From the NCBI GenBank assembly GCA_963796055.1, contig CAWCKH010000003.1:192001-256000 (forward strand): 64,000 bases of DNA, written 5' to 3'. The position numbers and the translations under genes were made by a program. Positions 33,401 through 42,812 of the stretch are shown one piece after another. The number at the start of each line of letters is the position of its first letter. Position 1 is the stretch's first letter. The DNA is from an uncultured delta proteobacterium (lineage in GTDB: Bacteria; Myxococcota; Myxococcia; Myxococcales; Myxococcaceae). Under the pieces are notes generated by a model. That model worked only from the letters and a program-made list of their open reading frames with translations, made no database searches and was not told where the DNA came from.

Positions 33401-34663
33401 GCGGACCTCGACGCCCGGCGGGGAGGCGGGCCCGAGCCGGGTCAGCGGCTGGTCTTGCCCGAGCACCGCGGCACGCCCGAGCGTCGCCGGCCCGGGCATC
33501 TCCAGCCGCCAGCTCCTCCGCAGCTCGCCCCCCAGGGTGTCCTGGAAGGTCCAGCCGCGCCCGTCGGTGTCGAGCCAGAGCTGACGGCCCAGGGTGAGCT
33601 GATCCGGCTCGGGCTCGGCGTTTCCGCGCCGCTGCTCCACCAGCCGGAGGGCTTCCCCGGTCCGCACCGCGAACGCGGGCAGCGCCCGCCACTCCTGGGG
33701 GAGCTGGGTCTGCGACGGGTCGACGGAGGGCAGCCCCCCCAGGGTCACCACCCGGACTGCGGGCGCTGCCTCGAACACCCAGGTCTCGTCCCCGCTCGTC
33801 CAGGGCCCCTCCGGGTCGGGCCGCGCCACCGAGGCAAGCGGTCCCTCGCTGCGGGCCAGGAGCGAGAAAACCCACTTGCCCGCGCGAAGCTGGACCCGCA
33901 GCCTGCCGTCGGGCTCCACCCGCGCGGCGAGTGGGGCCTCGAGCTGCAGCGGAGTGAAGCCGGTGGGGAGCGCGCGCCCGAGCAGCACCTCCCGCGCCTT
34001 GCCGGCGACGTCGAGGACGATGCGCGTGGTGAGAAGCAGCGGCACACCGTCGGTGAGCTTGCGCTGTACCTGAACCTCGAGCCGGTCCGCGTCACCCGCC
34101 TCGCGGTCTGGACGCCGGAGGAAGAGCCTCCCCTCCTCGTCTCGCTCGGGATGCACCACCCGAGCGCCGCCGAGGAGCAGCTCGACCAGCGACGCCTGGG
34201 CGGGGACGCCCAGCGCTGCGGGCAAGCTGTCCCAGCCGAAGGCGCCGGTGAGCACGTGCGTCCCGGGGCCGAGGAACGCCGCCGGGGCGCCGTCGTGTTC
34301 GACCACCGCCACCGGAGTCGCGCCGTCGCGAACGTGGAGCGGCCAGTGCTCGGCGTCACCGGGGAGGGGCACTGCGTCCCGGGCGAACACCTCCACTTCC
34401 TCGCGGAAGCGGCCACCGCGCGGCGAGGCCTCCAGCTGCAGCCGCCCGACGAAGACGCACCCCGGTCCGTCCTCGCTGCCCAGGAGCGGCGGACATGTCT
34501 TCTGCTCGCTCCCGTGCATGGCCCAGGGAATCCAGGGCCGGAGCGAGGGAGGAACGTCGGCGGGCGCGAGCGGCTGCGCCCGGGCCCCGGAGAGGACAGC
34601 GAGCAGCGACAGCACGAGGGCGAGACGCAGCGTGTGGCACCTCCGTGGCCGGTACCAACGCAT
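30485..34663 (-). CDS. Large (~1390 aa) hypothetical membrane protein made of two homologous halves
   Basis: Signal peptide, extracytoplasmic beta-rich regions, central and C-terminal TM bundles. Confidence 0.8.
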   Translation of the reverse strand: MRWYRPRRCHTLRLALVLSLLAVLSGARAQPLAPADVPPSLRPWIPWAMHGSEQKTCPPLLGSEDGPGCVFVGRLQLEASPRGGRFREEVEVFARDAVPLPGDAEHWPLHVRDGATPVAVVEHDGAPAAFLGPGTHVLTGAFGWDSLPAALGVPAQASLVELLLGGARVVHPERDEEGRLFLRRPDREAGDADRLEVQVQRKLTDGVPLLLTTRIVLDVAGKAREVLLGRALPTGFTPLQLEAPLAARVEPDGRLRVQLRAGKWVFSLLARSEGPLASVARPDPEGPWTSGDETWVFEAAPAVRVVTLGGLPSVDPSQTQLPQEWRALPAFAVRTGEALRLVEQRRGNAEPEPDQLTLGRQLWLDTDGRGWTFQDTLGGELRRSWRLEMPGPATLGRAAVLGQDQPLTRLGPASPPGVEVRAGNLAMTADGRLEQGGGRLPAVAWAHDFTRVAALAHLPPGWSLFAATGVDEAQGTWIQRWSLLDLFLVLILALATARLFGWRVGALALVALVLSFPEAGAPRWAWLLVLVAEALRRVVPEGRLRPFVRGFRWVAFGVLALVLVSFALDHLRDRLYPALGPPEQGEGSLLPGRAGRPPQSVAVEPAAPPVAEPMAREEQELDKSAVRRPPEKKKEGAEQPAGAVATGRAGSGVVGGNYGAAVSSAPNSTVSEIDRNAVVQTGPGIPRWTWQQVPLRWSGPVQQGQSLHLWLLSPTENVVLGLLRVALLAWLGSLLLLRSGPWRPAAPRTGSAAAAAAMALLLAAPRPARAEEQPSDERLVQLRDKLLEAPRCAPSCASAGRAFLEVDPVRLKLRVELQAAALVAVPLAGGGEGWRPEQILLDGKPAVALRQVEGVSWLVLRPGVHTVLMSGALPRADSAQLPLGLRPRYLTVQARGWKVDGVREDGRPEPTLQLSRLERAGGGEALRPGALPAFARVTRTLRLGLTWNVETEVERLSPPGSAVVLRVPLLPGEAVLTADLPVSEGAVAVNLPPGTASLSWRSTLEQRPALSLSAPSSASFVERWVLDAGPMWHVQLGGIAPVHPGAGAESHQPTWLPWPGESVSIQVTRPEGIGGATLTLDSGKEEVRPGLHATEVGLELVFRTSRGGQHVLALPPGIELLGLAVNGQAQPVRLDGSRLLVTLTPPRSQVAVRWREPRGITAAFRPSAVDAGAPGANVDVVVSLPAQRWVLWLAGPTFGPAVLFWSVLLVTALVALALARVPHSPLRLGAWMLLGVGLTQVSVPSAALVVLWLLALGWRGAFGARVRPWWAFNLMQLALVVTTGFALLALFEAVRRGLLGQPDMQIAGNGSVLESLRWTADRVPGALPRPLVFSVPLLVYRLAMLAWALWMATALLSWVRAGWNALGTGGLWRPRPPKVVTAPAPVPPSPPG

Positions 34664-34868
34664 CGATCGGCTTCCGGGATCCAATGCTCCCGGTGCGATC
34701 GCGCCAGCTTCGCGTGACGCCCCGACCTCGGAAGGCCGTAGTATGCTGCCCCACCTCCCGGGGGCCAGAACTTGCGGCTCCCTGGCACCCTCTGCGAACC
34801 TCCTCCCTGCCGTGGCACCGCCCGCGGGGGCGGCGCCTCACCCCTCCAGGAGGCCGAGCGGCGAGAGG

Positions 34869-36326
34869 ATGGCGGTCGAGCGCGACAGGCCGGGCGGTCG
34901 GAGTCCCCTACCGGCGGCGGCGGCATCCGAACCACCGCTCGAGCCCACCACGCCCCTGCCCCCCTCCACCGCGGGGCTGCGGCCGGACCCTTCCACCCTC
35001 GAGGTCGGGGCGATCGTCGCCGGCCGCTTCGCCATCGTCCGCTTCATCGCCCGGGGCGGCATGGGCGCGGTCTACGAGGCCGAGGACACCACCCTGCGCA
35101 CCCGGGTGGCGATGAAGACCATCCTCCCCGAGTTCTCCGCGGACCCGAACGCCATGGAGCGCTTCCGGCGCGAGGTGCTGCTCGCCCGGCGCATCACCCA
35201 CTTCAACGTCTGCCGCATCTTCGAGCTCTACGACACCTACGACCCGCGCGGAGACCGGCTGTCGTTCCTCACCATGGAGCTCCTCCACGGCGAGACCCTG
35301 GCCGAGCGGCTGGCCCGCACCGGCCCGCTGGCGACCGCCGAGCTGTCGGTGCTGCTCCGCCAGCTCGCCGATGGGCTGGAGGCGATGCACCTACAGGATG
35401 TAGTGCATCGGGACTTCAAGCCGGCCAACGTCTTCCTGGTCCACCGCCACGACGCCGCCGGGCACGCGCCGCTCCGGGCGGTGATCACCGACTTCGGCAT
35501 CGCCCGGGCCCTGCACCGGGTGGAGAAGGACGGAGACACGTCGATGACCGCCCGGGTGGGCTTCATCGGAACCCCGGCCTACATGGCGCCCGAGCAGCTG
35601 ACCGGCGGCACCGTCTCGGCGGCGACGGACATCTACGCGCTGGGCATCGTCCTCTACGAGGCGCTCACCGGCCATACCCCGTTCGGCGGACAGACCCCCA
35701 TGGAGGCCGCGCTGAAGCGGCTACAGCAGGCCGCCACCCCGCCCTCCCTCTACCTCCCCACCCTCGACCCCCGCTGGGATGCGGCCATCCTCCGCTGCCT
35801 GGAGAAGGAGCCATCGGCCCGGTTCCGCTCGGTGCGCGACCTGGTCCGTGCGCTCGACACCAGCGCCCAGGACACCCGTACCCCGGCGGCGGTCCTCGGC
35901 TTCCGGAACCTCTCCGGACGACCCGACGCCGGGTGGATCTCCACCGCCCTCGCCGAGCTGGTCGGGCGCGAGCTCTCCTCCGCCTCGGAGGTGCTCCGCC
36001 TGGTGCCGGCCGAGGAGGTGTTCCGGGCACAGCGGGCGCTCAACCTCGCCGCCCAGGACAGCCTCCCGCGAGACTCGCTGGAGAAGCTGCGCGATTCGGC
36101 CGGGGCGCGCTGGGTGGTGCTGGGGAGCTACCTCTGCGTCGGACCCGCCTCGGCGAGCCCCTTGCGGGTGGCCGTCCGGGTCCAGGACACAGACTCGGGC
36201 CAGGTGGTCAGCCACTGGTCCGAGCGCGGAACGGTGGGAGAGCTGGCGGCGATGGCCGCGCGCGCCGGTGCCGCGGTGCGCAAGACGCTGGTGGCCGCTG
36301 GCCAGACCCCGCCGGCTCCGGCCTGA
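34869..36326 (+). CDS. Hanks-type Ser/Thr protein kinase with C-terminal TolB-N-like domain
   Basis: GGMGAVY, VAMK, HRDFKPAN, DFGIA, GTPAYMAPEQ, DIYALG; then AVLGFRNLSGRPDAGWISTALAE. Confidence 0.93.
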   Translation: MAVERDRPGGRSPLPAAAASEPPLEPTTPLPPSTAGLRPDPSTLEVGAIVAGRFAIVRFIARGGMGAVYEAEDTTLRTRVAMKTILPEFSADPNAMERFRREVLLARRITHFNVCRIFELYDTYDPRGDRLSFLTMELLHGETLAERLARTGPLATAELSVLLRQLADGLEAMHLQDVVHRDFKPANVFLVHRHDAAGHAPLRAVITDFGIARALHRVEKDGDTSMTARVGFIGTPAYMAPEQLTGGTVSAATDIYALGIVLYEALTGHTPFGGQTPMEAALKRLQQAATPPSLYLPTLDPRWDAAILRCLEKEPSARFRSVRDLVRALDTSAQDTRTPAAVLGFRNLSGRPDAGWISTALAELVGRELSSASEVLRLVPAEEVFRAQRALNLAAQDSLPRDSLEKLRDSAGARWVVLGSYLCVGPASASPLRVAVRVQDTDSGQVVSHWSERGTVGELAAMAARAGAAVRKTLVAAGQTPPAPA

Positions 36327-36327
36327 A

Positions 36328-36523
36328 GACCTCGACCCCGACCGCGGCCGCCGTGACCACGATGACTGCGGCCGCCCTGACCTCGCCGACTGCAGCTCGC
36401 TAGAACACGGTACCGTCGACCTCGACCCCGGGCCGCCGTGACCACGATGACTGCGGCCGCCCTGACCTCGCCGACTGCAGCTCGCTACACGGTACCGTCG
36501 ACCTCGACCGCGGCCGCCGTGAC
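36328..36523. repeat. Intergenic 82-90-bp tandem repeat (~2.3 copies) sharing a 27-nt core with the 25.3-kb repeat
   Basis: Units start GACCTCGACC at 36328, 36418 and 36500; core GACTGCGGCCGCCCTGACCTCGCCGAC at 36364 and 36449. Confidence 0.92.
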
Positions 36524-38221
36524 CTACATTTCGGGCTGCGCGGCGAGGAACCGATCGCGCTCCGGGCCCTCCGGGAGCTCGGTGGCGAGCGTGGCGAACA
36601 GCTCCCAGGGAGTGTTCGCGTTGCGCGCCGCGCGCTTCACCAGCGCCCGGGCCACCGGACCCAGCGCGGCCGCGAGCGCCTGCTCCGCCCGATGGAGATC
36701 TTCCTCCACCAGCGCGCGGGCCCGGGGCGGCGGCTCCACCACTGGCGTCGGCCGCGACGGTGAGCCACGGGGCGTCGGCGACGGCGAGTGCTCCACCACC
36801 GGCGTGGGCCGCGACGGTGAGCCGCGGGGCATCGGCGACGGCGGGTGTTCCACCATCGGCGTCGGCCGCGACGGTGAGCCGCGCGGGGCGGGCGCCGCGG
36901 CCGGGACCCCCGGACGGGCCTGGGTGGCAGCGGGCCGCGCCGGGGTGGACCGCGCCACCGGCCTGGCCTGGGTGCGGGTGCGGAGGTGGCCCGGGTCCGA
37001 GAGCGTGCGGAGAAAGTCCTCGCGCGAGAGGTGGTCCGGGATGGAGCCGGAGAGCGTCTGGCAGGCCGTCCCCCAGTCCGGCGCCTCCCGTGCCACCCGG
37101 TCCACCATCACCCGCGCGATGGGGCCGAGATGGGGGACGAGCGCGGCCTCGAGCACCGCGCGCTGCTCGGCGGTCAGCCCGGCGGCGGCGGCCGCGCGGC
37201 CGGACATCACGCGCGACGGCGCGTGCTGCGGCGGCAGCGGAGTGAGCGGCGCACCAGGCCCATGGGGAGCCCCGGGCGTGTAGGGAGCGCCGGGCGTGTA
37301 GGGTGCCCCCGGGGTATATGGCGGCGCCGGGGTGCCACCCACCGCGCGTGAGCGCCGGATCCACGAGCGGGCGAAATCCTCGAACTTCCGCCGATCGTCC
37401 CCGTTCTCGATCGACTCGGCCAGCTCGGCCACCAGGTTCCTGGGGTCCTGGGTGGCGCGCGCTGCCCGGCGCACCAGCGTGTGGGCCAGCGGGCCAATGC
37501 TCTTCGCCAGGAACGCCCCGAGCTCTTCCAGCGCCCCCGCCACCCAGCCTCCGGTGACGACCACCGGCGAGGGCGCGGGGGCCGGAGCGGGCGGAGGCGG
37601 AGGCGGAGGCGCCTCGATCGGCGTCACCAGCGGGATGGGCTGGGGAGCCGGGGGCGGGGCGAACTGCCCGGCCGGAGGGGTGCGCCCGGTGGGCCAGGTG
37701 ACCTCCACCTCGCGCTCGACCTGCGGGCCGAGCTCGTAGACGTCGATCTCCTTGCCCTCCGCGGTGCGCCGCCTGCCGAGCGGATGGAGCAGCGCCCTGT
37801 GTTCGGCGCTCAGGGACGACACCACCTCGAAGAACGAACGGCTGGCGACGATCTGCCCCGGGCCCGCCACCGAGGCGAGCTGCGAGCCCACGGTGGGCCC
37901 CTCACCCTGGGCGACACCCTCGACGATGCGCACCGGTCCAAGGTGGATGGACATCCGCGCCCCGAAGCCCTCCCGGTTGGACGCCTCGTGCTCCAGCGCG
38001 TCCCGCAGGCCCAGGGCCACGAAGAGGCCGTCCTCGGGGTCACCGGGGAAGACCAGCACCAGGCCCCGCGGATGGGGGATGTTGAGCACGTCGTCGGCCT
38101 CGAGGTGGCCCACGGCGCGGGAGGCCGCCTCCTGCACGCACTCCAGCGCGTCCGGGCGCGGGTCGAGGACATCGAGGAACACCAGGGTTCCGACGAACGT
38201 CCTGTGACCGTGATCGCTCAT
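36524..38221 (-). CDS. Degenerate class III nucleotide cyclase-like domain plus three repeated helical domains and Pro-rich linkers
   Basis: LVFLDV, RMSIHLGPV, AGPGQIVASRSF; three copies of L...(I/L)GP(L/I/V)A...V.R.A. Confidence 0.75.
   Translation of the reverse strand: MSDHGHRTFVGTLVFLDVLDPRPDALECVQEAASRAVGHLEADDVLNIPHPRGLVLVFPGDPEDGLFVALGLRDALEHEASNREGFGARMSIHLGPVRIVEGVAQGEGPTVGSQLASVAGPGQIVASRSFFEVVSSLSAEHRALLHPLGRRRTAEGKEIDVYELGPQVEREVEVTWPTGRTPPAGQFAPPPAPQPIPLVTPIEAPPPPPPPAPAPAPSPVVVTGGWVAGALEELGAFLAKSIGPLAHTLVRRAARATQDPRNLVAELAESIENGDDRRKFEDFARSWIRRSRAVGGTPAPPYTPGAPYTPGAPYTPGAPHGPGAPLTPLPPQHAPSRVMSGRAAAAAGLTAEQRAVLEAALVPHLGPIARVMVDRVAREAPDWGTACQTLSGSIPDHLSREDFLRTLSDPGHLRTRTQARPVARSTPARPAATQARPGVPAAAPAPRGSPSRPTPMVEHPPSPMPRGSPSRPTPVVEHSPSPTPRGSPSRPTPVVEPPPRARALVEEDLHRAEQALAAALGPVARALVKRAARNANTPWELFATLATELPEGPERDRFLAAQPEM
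36734..36886 (-). repeat. Coding 57-bp tandem repeat x~3 (PRGSPSRPTP[VM]VE...)
   Basis: TCCACCA at 36735, 36792 and 36849. Confidence 0.85.
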
Positions 38222-38254
38222 TCCACTCCGGAGTCGGGCGGCGCCCCGTCGATT

Positions 38255-39124
38255 CTACTCCAACAGCTTCATCGCCTTCTCCAGGCTCCTCCGCAGGCGG
38301 TTGAACGACGTCGCCAGGACGCCGATCTCGTCACGGCTGCCCACCGAGAACTCCGGCACGTCGAAGTTGCCGGTGCTGACCTCGTCGGCCGCCCTGGACA
38401 TCCGGACGATGGGCCGGATGACCAGGAGGGACAGGACGACGTTGAGCACGATGAAGGCGAGGAGGAACACCCCGACCAGCGAGGTCATGAAGGTCTTGAA
38501 TGCCTGGTCAGCCTTGGCGAGCGGCACCGACATTGGCACCGAGATGATCTGCGCTCCGACCGTCTCGTTCAGCTTCCAGCCGAACCCGTTCGCCGGCCCG
38601 TAGTGGGCGACCATTGACTTGGGCGCCGTGTCCGGGGTGTCGTGACAGGGCAGACAGCCCGGGTCGGTGATCTTCAGCGGCTTGGCGAGGTACAACGCCC
38701 TGCCGGTGGGCGTGTCGCGGGTGCCGCGGATCTCCGTCTGGCTGGAGTCGTTCCGGAACTTCTGGACGATGTCCGCCTCCCACTCCACCGCGCGGTCGCG
38801 GGGGTTGGTGGGGTTCAGGGTGGCCTCCTTGTACGTGTACTCGGGGTGCTGCTGCCGGAGGGTGTTGAACATCTCGGTGGCCGCGTAGGCCGGCACCGAC
38901 TGCGGGAGGAAGGCCCGCATCAGCTGCAGCTCGAGCTGGGGCTTCACCTGCTTCGAGGTGTACCCGCGCACGGCGAGCGCCGCGCCCATCATCAGCTCGG
39001 CGTTGCGCGTCACCTCCTCCTGCGCGTTGGCCTCCAGGATCCGCTTGGACACGTAGCCGGAGGCCGCGAGCCCGAGCGCGAAGACCAGGATGAGCACCAG
39101 GTTGAACTTGAGTCGCAGCCCCAT
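38255..39124 (-). CDS. DUF3365 (Tll0287-like, c-type heme) + HAMP membrane sensor with no output domain
   Basis: TM helix, YKEATLNPTNPRDRA.EWE, CLPCH heme motif, second TM helix, HAMP (RDEIGVLATSFNRL), then stop. Confidence 0.88.
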   Translation of the reverse strand: MGLRLKFNLVLILVFALGLAASGYVSKRILEANAQEEVTRNAELMMGAALAVRGYTSKQVKPQLELQLMRAFLPQSVPAYAATEMFNTLRQQHPEYTYKEATLNPTNPRDRAVEWEADIVQKFRNDSSQTEIRGTRDTPTGRALYLAKPLKITDPGCLPCHDTPDTAPKSMVAHYGPANGFGWKLNETVGAQIISVPMSVPLAKADQAFKTFMTSLVGVFLLAFIVLNVVLSLLVIRPIVRMSRAADEVSTGNFDVPEFSVGSRDEIGVLATSFNRLRRSLEKAMKLLE

Positions 39125-39143
39125 GTGAGGACGTCCTCCTCCG

Positions 39144-39605
39144 TCAGCGACAGCTCGCCTGCATCTCGTCCCACGCCCTGGTGAAGCCGATCAGGCTCAC
39201 CACCGCCGAGTGAGTTCCGGTCTCCGGCCAGCTGGGCCAGAACCGCAAGGTCACCTGTGCCTTCAGGCCGCCCTTGAACTGGGCGACGAGGGTGTCCACG
39301 CCCGGCCCCTTGAAGACCACCGCCTTCGCCCCCTCGAGCCCGCTGGCCTTCACCGGCTCCCTCTTGTCGACCTGGACGACCAGGTCCCCCTTGCTCTCGT
39401 CGAAGGTCGACTCGCTCACCACGCGGACCTCGGTCGGTGTGACGCGGACCTGCACACTGGTGGTCTGGTAGCCGTCGCTGAGCGATGCCTTCTCGGAATC
39501 CAGCCGGCACCCTCCGCCCTGGACCTTGGTGAGCGTCCAGGCGTCCTTTTCCACGGGGGCTGCACCCACGAGGCCGACGGTCAGCGCTGGAATCCACCAC
39601 CACAT
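39144..39605 (-). CDS. Hypothetical secreted protein (IalB-like fold possible)
   Basis: Signal peptide MWWWIPALTVGLVGAA; two Cys; C-terminal VSLIGFTRAW; 19 bp upstream of the DUF3365 gene. Confidence 0.7.
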   Translation of the reverse strand: MWWWIPALTVGLVGAAPVEKDAWTLTKVQGGGCRLDSEKASLSDGYQTTSVQVRVTPTEVRVVSESTFDESKGDLVVQVDKREPVKASGLEGAKAVVFKGPGVDTLVAQFKGGLKAQVTLRFWPSWPETGTHSAVVSLIGFTRAWDEMQASCR

Positions 39606-39890
39606 GCTCGAACGCATCCGTCCTGCTCCCCCGAGCGCACCGTCCGACAGCGGGTCAGCTGACTCACATGTCGGTCCTGGGCTCTGGTCCACGCCGGATT
39701 GGCGACGGACTCTAGGCGCGGGCCACGGGGGGCGTCCATGGGTAGCGCAAGTCTGGAGGGCGCTCCGGCTCCGAGGGAGGAACCGGTGCAACGCTCTCGC
39801 CCGGTGGTGTCGGCAAGACCCTGGCCTGTAGCGCTGCCGGGCGGCTGGTGGCCCCTGGGGCAACTCCGCCACCGGTGGAAACGGGTGGGT

Positions 39891-40970
39891 TCACACCCCG
39901 AGGAGCGCGCGGATGCGCCGGGCCACCGCGGGCAGGACTCCGGGTGCCTTCACCGGCTCGAACCGGGTGGTGGCCGGATCTCCGCGCGGGACCTCGATGA
40001 AGCGCACCGGGAGCAGCGGGGTGCCGTCCGGACGGCGGAGGCTGGAAGCCTCGGCGGTGACCTGCTCGAACTGGATGACCGGTGCGCCGTCCACCGTCTT
40101 GCGCACCGCGCGGAAGGGCACGGGGATGGGCCCCTCGAGCAACGGCGCAAGGCGGAAGGTGATGTTGTTGGTGGAGATGGTCGCGTGGGCCGCCGGATCC
40201 ACCTTCTCCACCAGCTGCAGCTGACCGCCGACGCGCACCGGTGCCGCCCCGACGTCGAGCTTGCCGTCCGGGGCACGCCGCGGCGTCACCTCCACGGTCA
40301 TCGCCGCGCCCCCCTCGGCGTGCAGGCCGAGGACCACCGGGTCCAGGGTGGCGGCGAGGTTGTCCACGTTGGAGAAGTAGACGTGCTCCACGCCCAGGCT
40401 GCGCAGCCGCTCGCCGACGCCGCTCGCCCGGAGAGCCCGGAACACGTCGCCGTGACCGCTGGGGGCGAGCGACGGCGCACCCGAGGCGTCCCGGGCGATG
40501 ACCCCCTCCGGGGTGAGCCGCGGCAGGTGCCCCTGCGCGAAGGGGAAGAGGGGCAGCCAGGTGGGGTGCGCACGGAGGTGGTCGACGATTCCTTCCTCGG
40601 TGAGGAAGGAGGTCATCAGCGCCACCGGCACCGGGCGCCGCACCCCCTCCGACGCACGCTCGACGTCGAGCAGCTTGAGGTCGAGGAAGGTCCTCCCCTC
40701 CACCACCGGGACCAGCGCCTTCACCGCCCCGCCGAAGCGCGTTCCGGCGCCCCCGGCGACGATGAGCGCGGCCACCTTTCCCGCCCGGAGCAGCGCCTCG
40801 CCGACGCCCGCCAGCCGAGCGTGCTCCGGGGTGCCCGGTTCGGGCCAGGGGAGGACGTCGCCCGGCCGGAGCGGCTCGAGCGTGCCGGGCGGCGGCGCCT
40901 CCACCACCTCCCCGCGCTTCCAGGCCTCGACCAGCTCCCGGAACAGCGCCTCGTCGTAGGGCGGGCTCAT
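39891..40970 (-). CDS. UTP--glucose-1-phosphate uridylyltransferase family protein (eukaryote-like UDPGP fold)
   Basis: [38 protein letters not shown]-coupled to treZ. Confidence 0.85.
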   Translation of the reverse strand: MSPPYDEALFRELVEAWKRGEVVEAPPPGTLEPLRPGDVLPWPEPGTPEHARLAGVGEALLRAGKVAALIVAGGAGTRFGGAVKALVPVVEGRTFLDLKLLDVERASEGVRRPVPVALMTSFLTEEGIVDHLRAHPTWLPLFPFAQGHLPRLTPEGVIARDASGAPSLAPSGHGDVFRALRASGVGERLRSLGVEHVYFSNVDNLAATLDPVVLGLHAEGGAAMTVEVTPRRAPDGKLDVGAAPVRVGGQLQLVEKVDPAAHATISTNNITFRLAPLLEGPIPVPFRAVRKTVDGAPVIQFEQVTAEASSLRRPDGTPLLPVRFIEVPRGDPATTRFEPVKAPGVLPAVARRIRALLGV

Positions 40971-42604
40971 CGGGGCGAGACCTCCCATCCCCAGCCCGGC
41001 AGCCCGAGCGCAGGATCGGGCCCGAGGTTCACCGTGACGACGAGCCCGGGCCGCTCGAGGCGGTAGGCCCTGCCCTGGCAGCGCACGCGCGGCCAGTGCG
41101 AGGCGATGGGGTCCAGGAAGCGCCGGCGGAGCGCGAGCATCTTCTGGTAGTGCGCGCGCAGCCGGGTGTCGCCCTGCCGCGCGGGCCGCGAGTCGCGGAA
41201 CGTCGTCTCGGCCTGGGGGTCGGGGACCTCCCCTGCCTCGGCGATGTGCTCGGCCCGCCGGCCCTCGGACACCGCCCGGCCGAGCTCGGGGTCGGTGTGG
41301 CTGGTGAAGTAGAGGAAGGGACGCGTCTCACCGTGCTCCTCGCCCATGAAGAGCAGCGGGAGGCCGGGGCCGAGCAGCAGCAGCGTCGCCAGCGGCTCGA
41401 GCGCCTCGCGGGGGACGAGGCTCGCCAGCCGCTCGCCGGTGGGCCGGTTGCCGACCTGGTCGTGGTTCTGCAGGCACATGACGAATTGCCGCGGAAGCAG
41501 CCCCTCGGTGCCGGTCCCGTGCGGCTTGCCCCGGAAGCGGGAACGCTGGCCCTGGTACACGAAGCCCTGCTCGAGCGCGGCGACCAGCTGCCCGGGCTCG
41601 CCGTAGTCGGCGTAGAACGCGCCGCGCTCGCCGGTCAGCATCGCGTGCAGTGCGTGGTGGAAGTCGTCCGCCCAGACGGCGTCACACCCCCAGCCGGCGG
41701 GAGGCGGATCCACCACCCTCCGGTCGTTCAGATCGCTCTCGGCGACGACCTGCGCCCGCCCACCCGACGCCTCGTGGACCGCGCGGGCGATCTCCGCCAC
41801 CAGATGCACCGGGCTGTCGTCGACGATGGCGTGGACCGCGTCGAGCCGGAGCGCATCCACGTGAAAGTCCTCCACCCAGGACCGGGCCGCCTGCACCATG
41901 TACCCGCGGACCGGCCCGGAGTCCGATCCGTCGTAGTTCATCCCATCGCCCCAGGGCGAGCGGTGCCGCGGGGTGGTGTAGGGCCCGAACTCGCCCAGAT
42001 AGTTCCCCTCGGGACCGAGGTGGTTGTAGACCACGTCCAGGCAGACGCCCAGCCCGAGCGCGTGCGCGCGGTCCACGAAGCGCTGCAGCGCCGCCGGTCC
42101 GCCGTAGGCCCCGTGCACCGCGTGGAGCAGCACCCCGTCGTACCCCCAGTTCCGCGCCCCCCCGAAGGGCTGCACCGGCATCAGCTCCACGCAGGTGACG
42201 CCCAGGTCCACCAGCTCGGGCAACCGCGCAGCCGCCGCGTCGAGCGTCCCCTCCTCGGTGAACGTGCCCAGGTGCAGCTCGTAGAACACGAGCGCCTCGG
42301 GAGGGACACCGGACCAGCCCCCGTCGGTCCAGCCGAACTCCTCGGGGTGGAAGATGGCCGACGGCCCGTGCACCGTGCCCACCTGGGCCCGGGCCGCCGG
42401 GTCCGCCCGCACGCGCCCGTCCGGGAAGACTAGGGCGTAAGGAACTCCAGAGGGCAGCCACGGCAGGTCGGCCGTCCACCAGCCCTCGTCGGCCGCGGCG
42501 AGGGGCCGTCGCCCGTCCGCCACCTGCACCTCGAGGCGCTCGGCGCGCGGCGCCCACACCGCCAGCCGCAGCCCGTCTCCGTGTCTCGACACTCCGTGTC
42601 GCAT
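40967..42604 (-). CDS. treZ: Malto-oligosyltrehalose trehalohydrolase (GH13)
   Basis: [54 protein letters not shown]. Confidence 0.94.
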   Translation of the reverse strand: MRHGVSRHGDGLRLAVWAPRAERLEVQVADGRRPLAAADEGWWTADLPWLPSGVPYALVFPDGRVRADPAARAQVGTVHGPSAIFHPEEFGWTDGGWSGVPPEALVFYELHLGTFTEEGTLDAAAARLPELVDLGVTCVELMPVQPFGGARNWGYDGVLLHAVHGAYGGPAALQRFVDRAHALGLGVCLDVVYNHLGPEGNYLGEFGPYTTPRHRSPWGDGMNYDGSDSGPVRGYMVQAARSWVEDFHVDALRLDAVHAIVDDSPVHLVAEIARAVHEASGGRAQVVAESDLNDRRVVDPPPAGWGCDAVWADDFHHALHAMLTGERGAFYADYGEPGQLVAALEQGFVYQGQRSRFRGKPHGTGTEGLLPRQFVMCLQNHDQVGNRPTGERLASLVPREALEPLATLLLLGPGLPLLFMGEEHGETRPFLYFTSHTDPELGRAVSEGRRAEHIAEAGEVPDPQAETTFRDSRPARQGDTRLRAHYQKMLALRRRFLDPIASHWPRVRCQGRAYRLERPGLVVTVNLGPDPALGLPGWGWEVSPR

Positions 42605-42812
42605 GGCGCTGAGACCTGGGTCAGGGCGGCCACGCCCGAGGTCCTGGTCGAAAACTCTCGGGCCCGCAGCCGTCGAGACCAGGGCGGCCGCGGTACGGTA
42701 GTCACGTCCGGTGCGCCGATGCAGCCGGGAACTGCAGTGGCACCGTCGGGCAGCGGACGGGCGGGCGGTGTCAACTTCCCCTGCCGGGCCAGGGTGCACA
42801 CCGTCGCAACCG

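Noticed and set aside
28950..39600. Intact prophage or integrative element downstream of selC
   Set aside because: No integrase, transposase, phage genes, att repeat or obvious compositional shift was seen.
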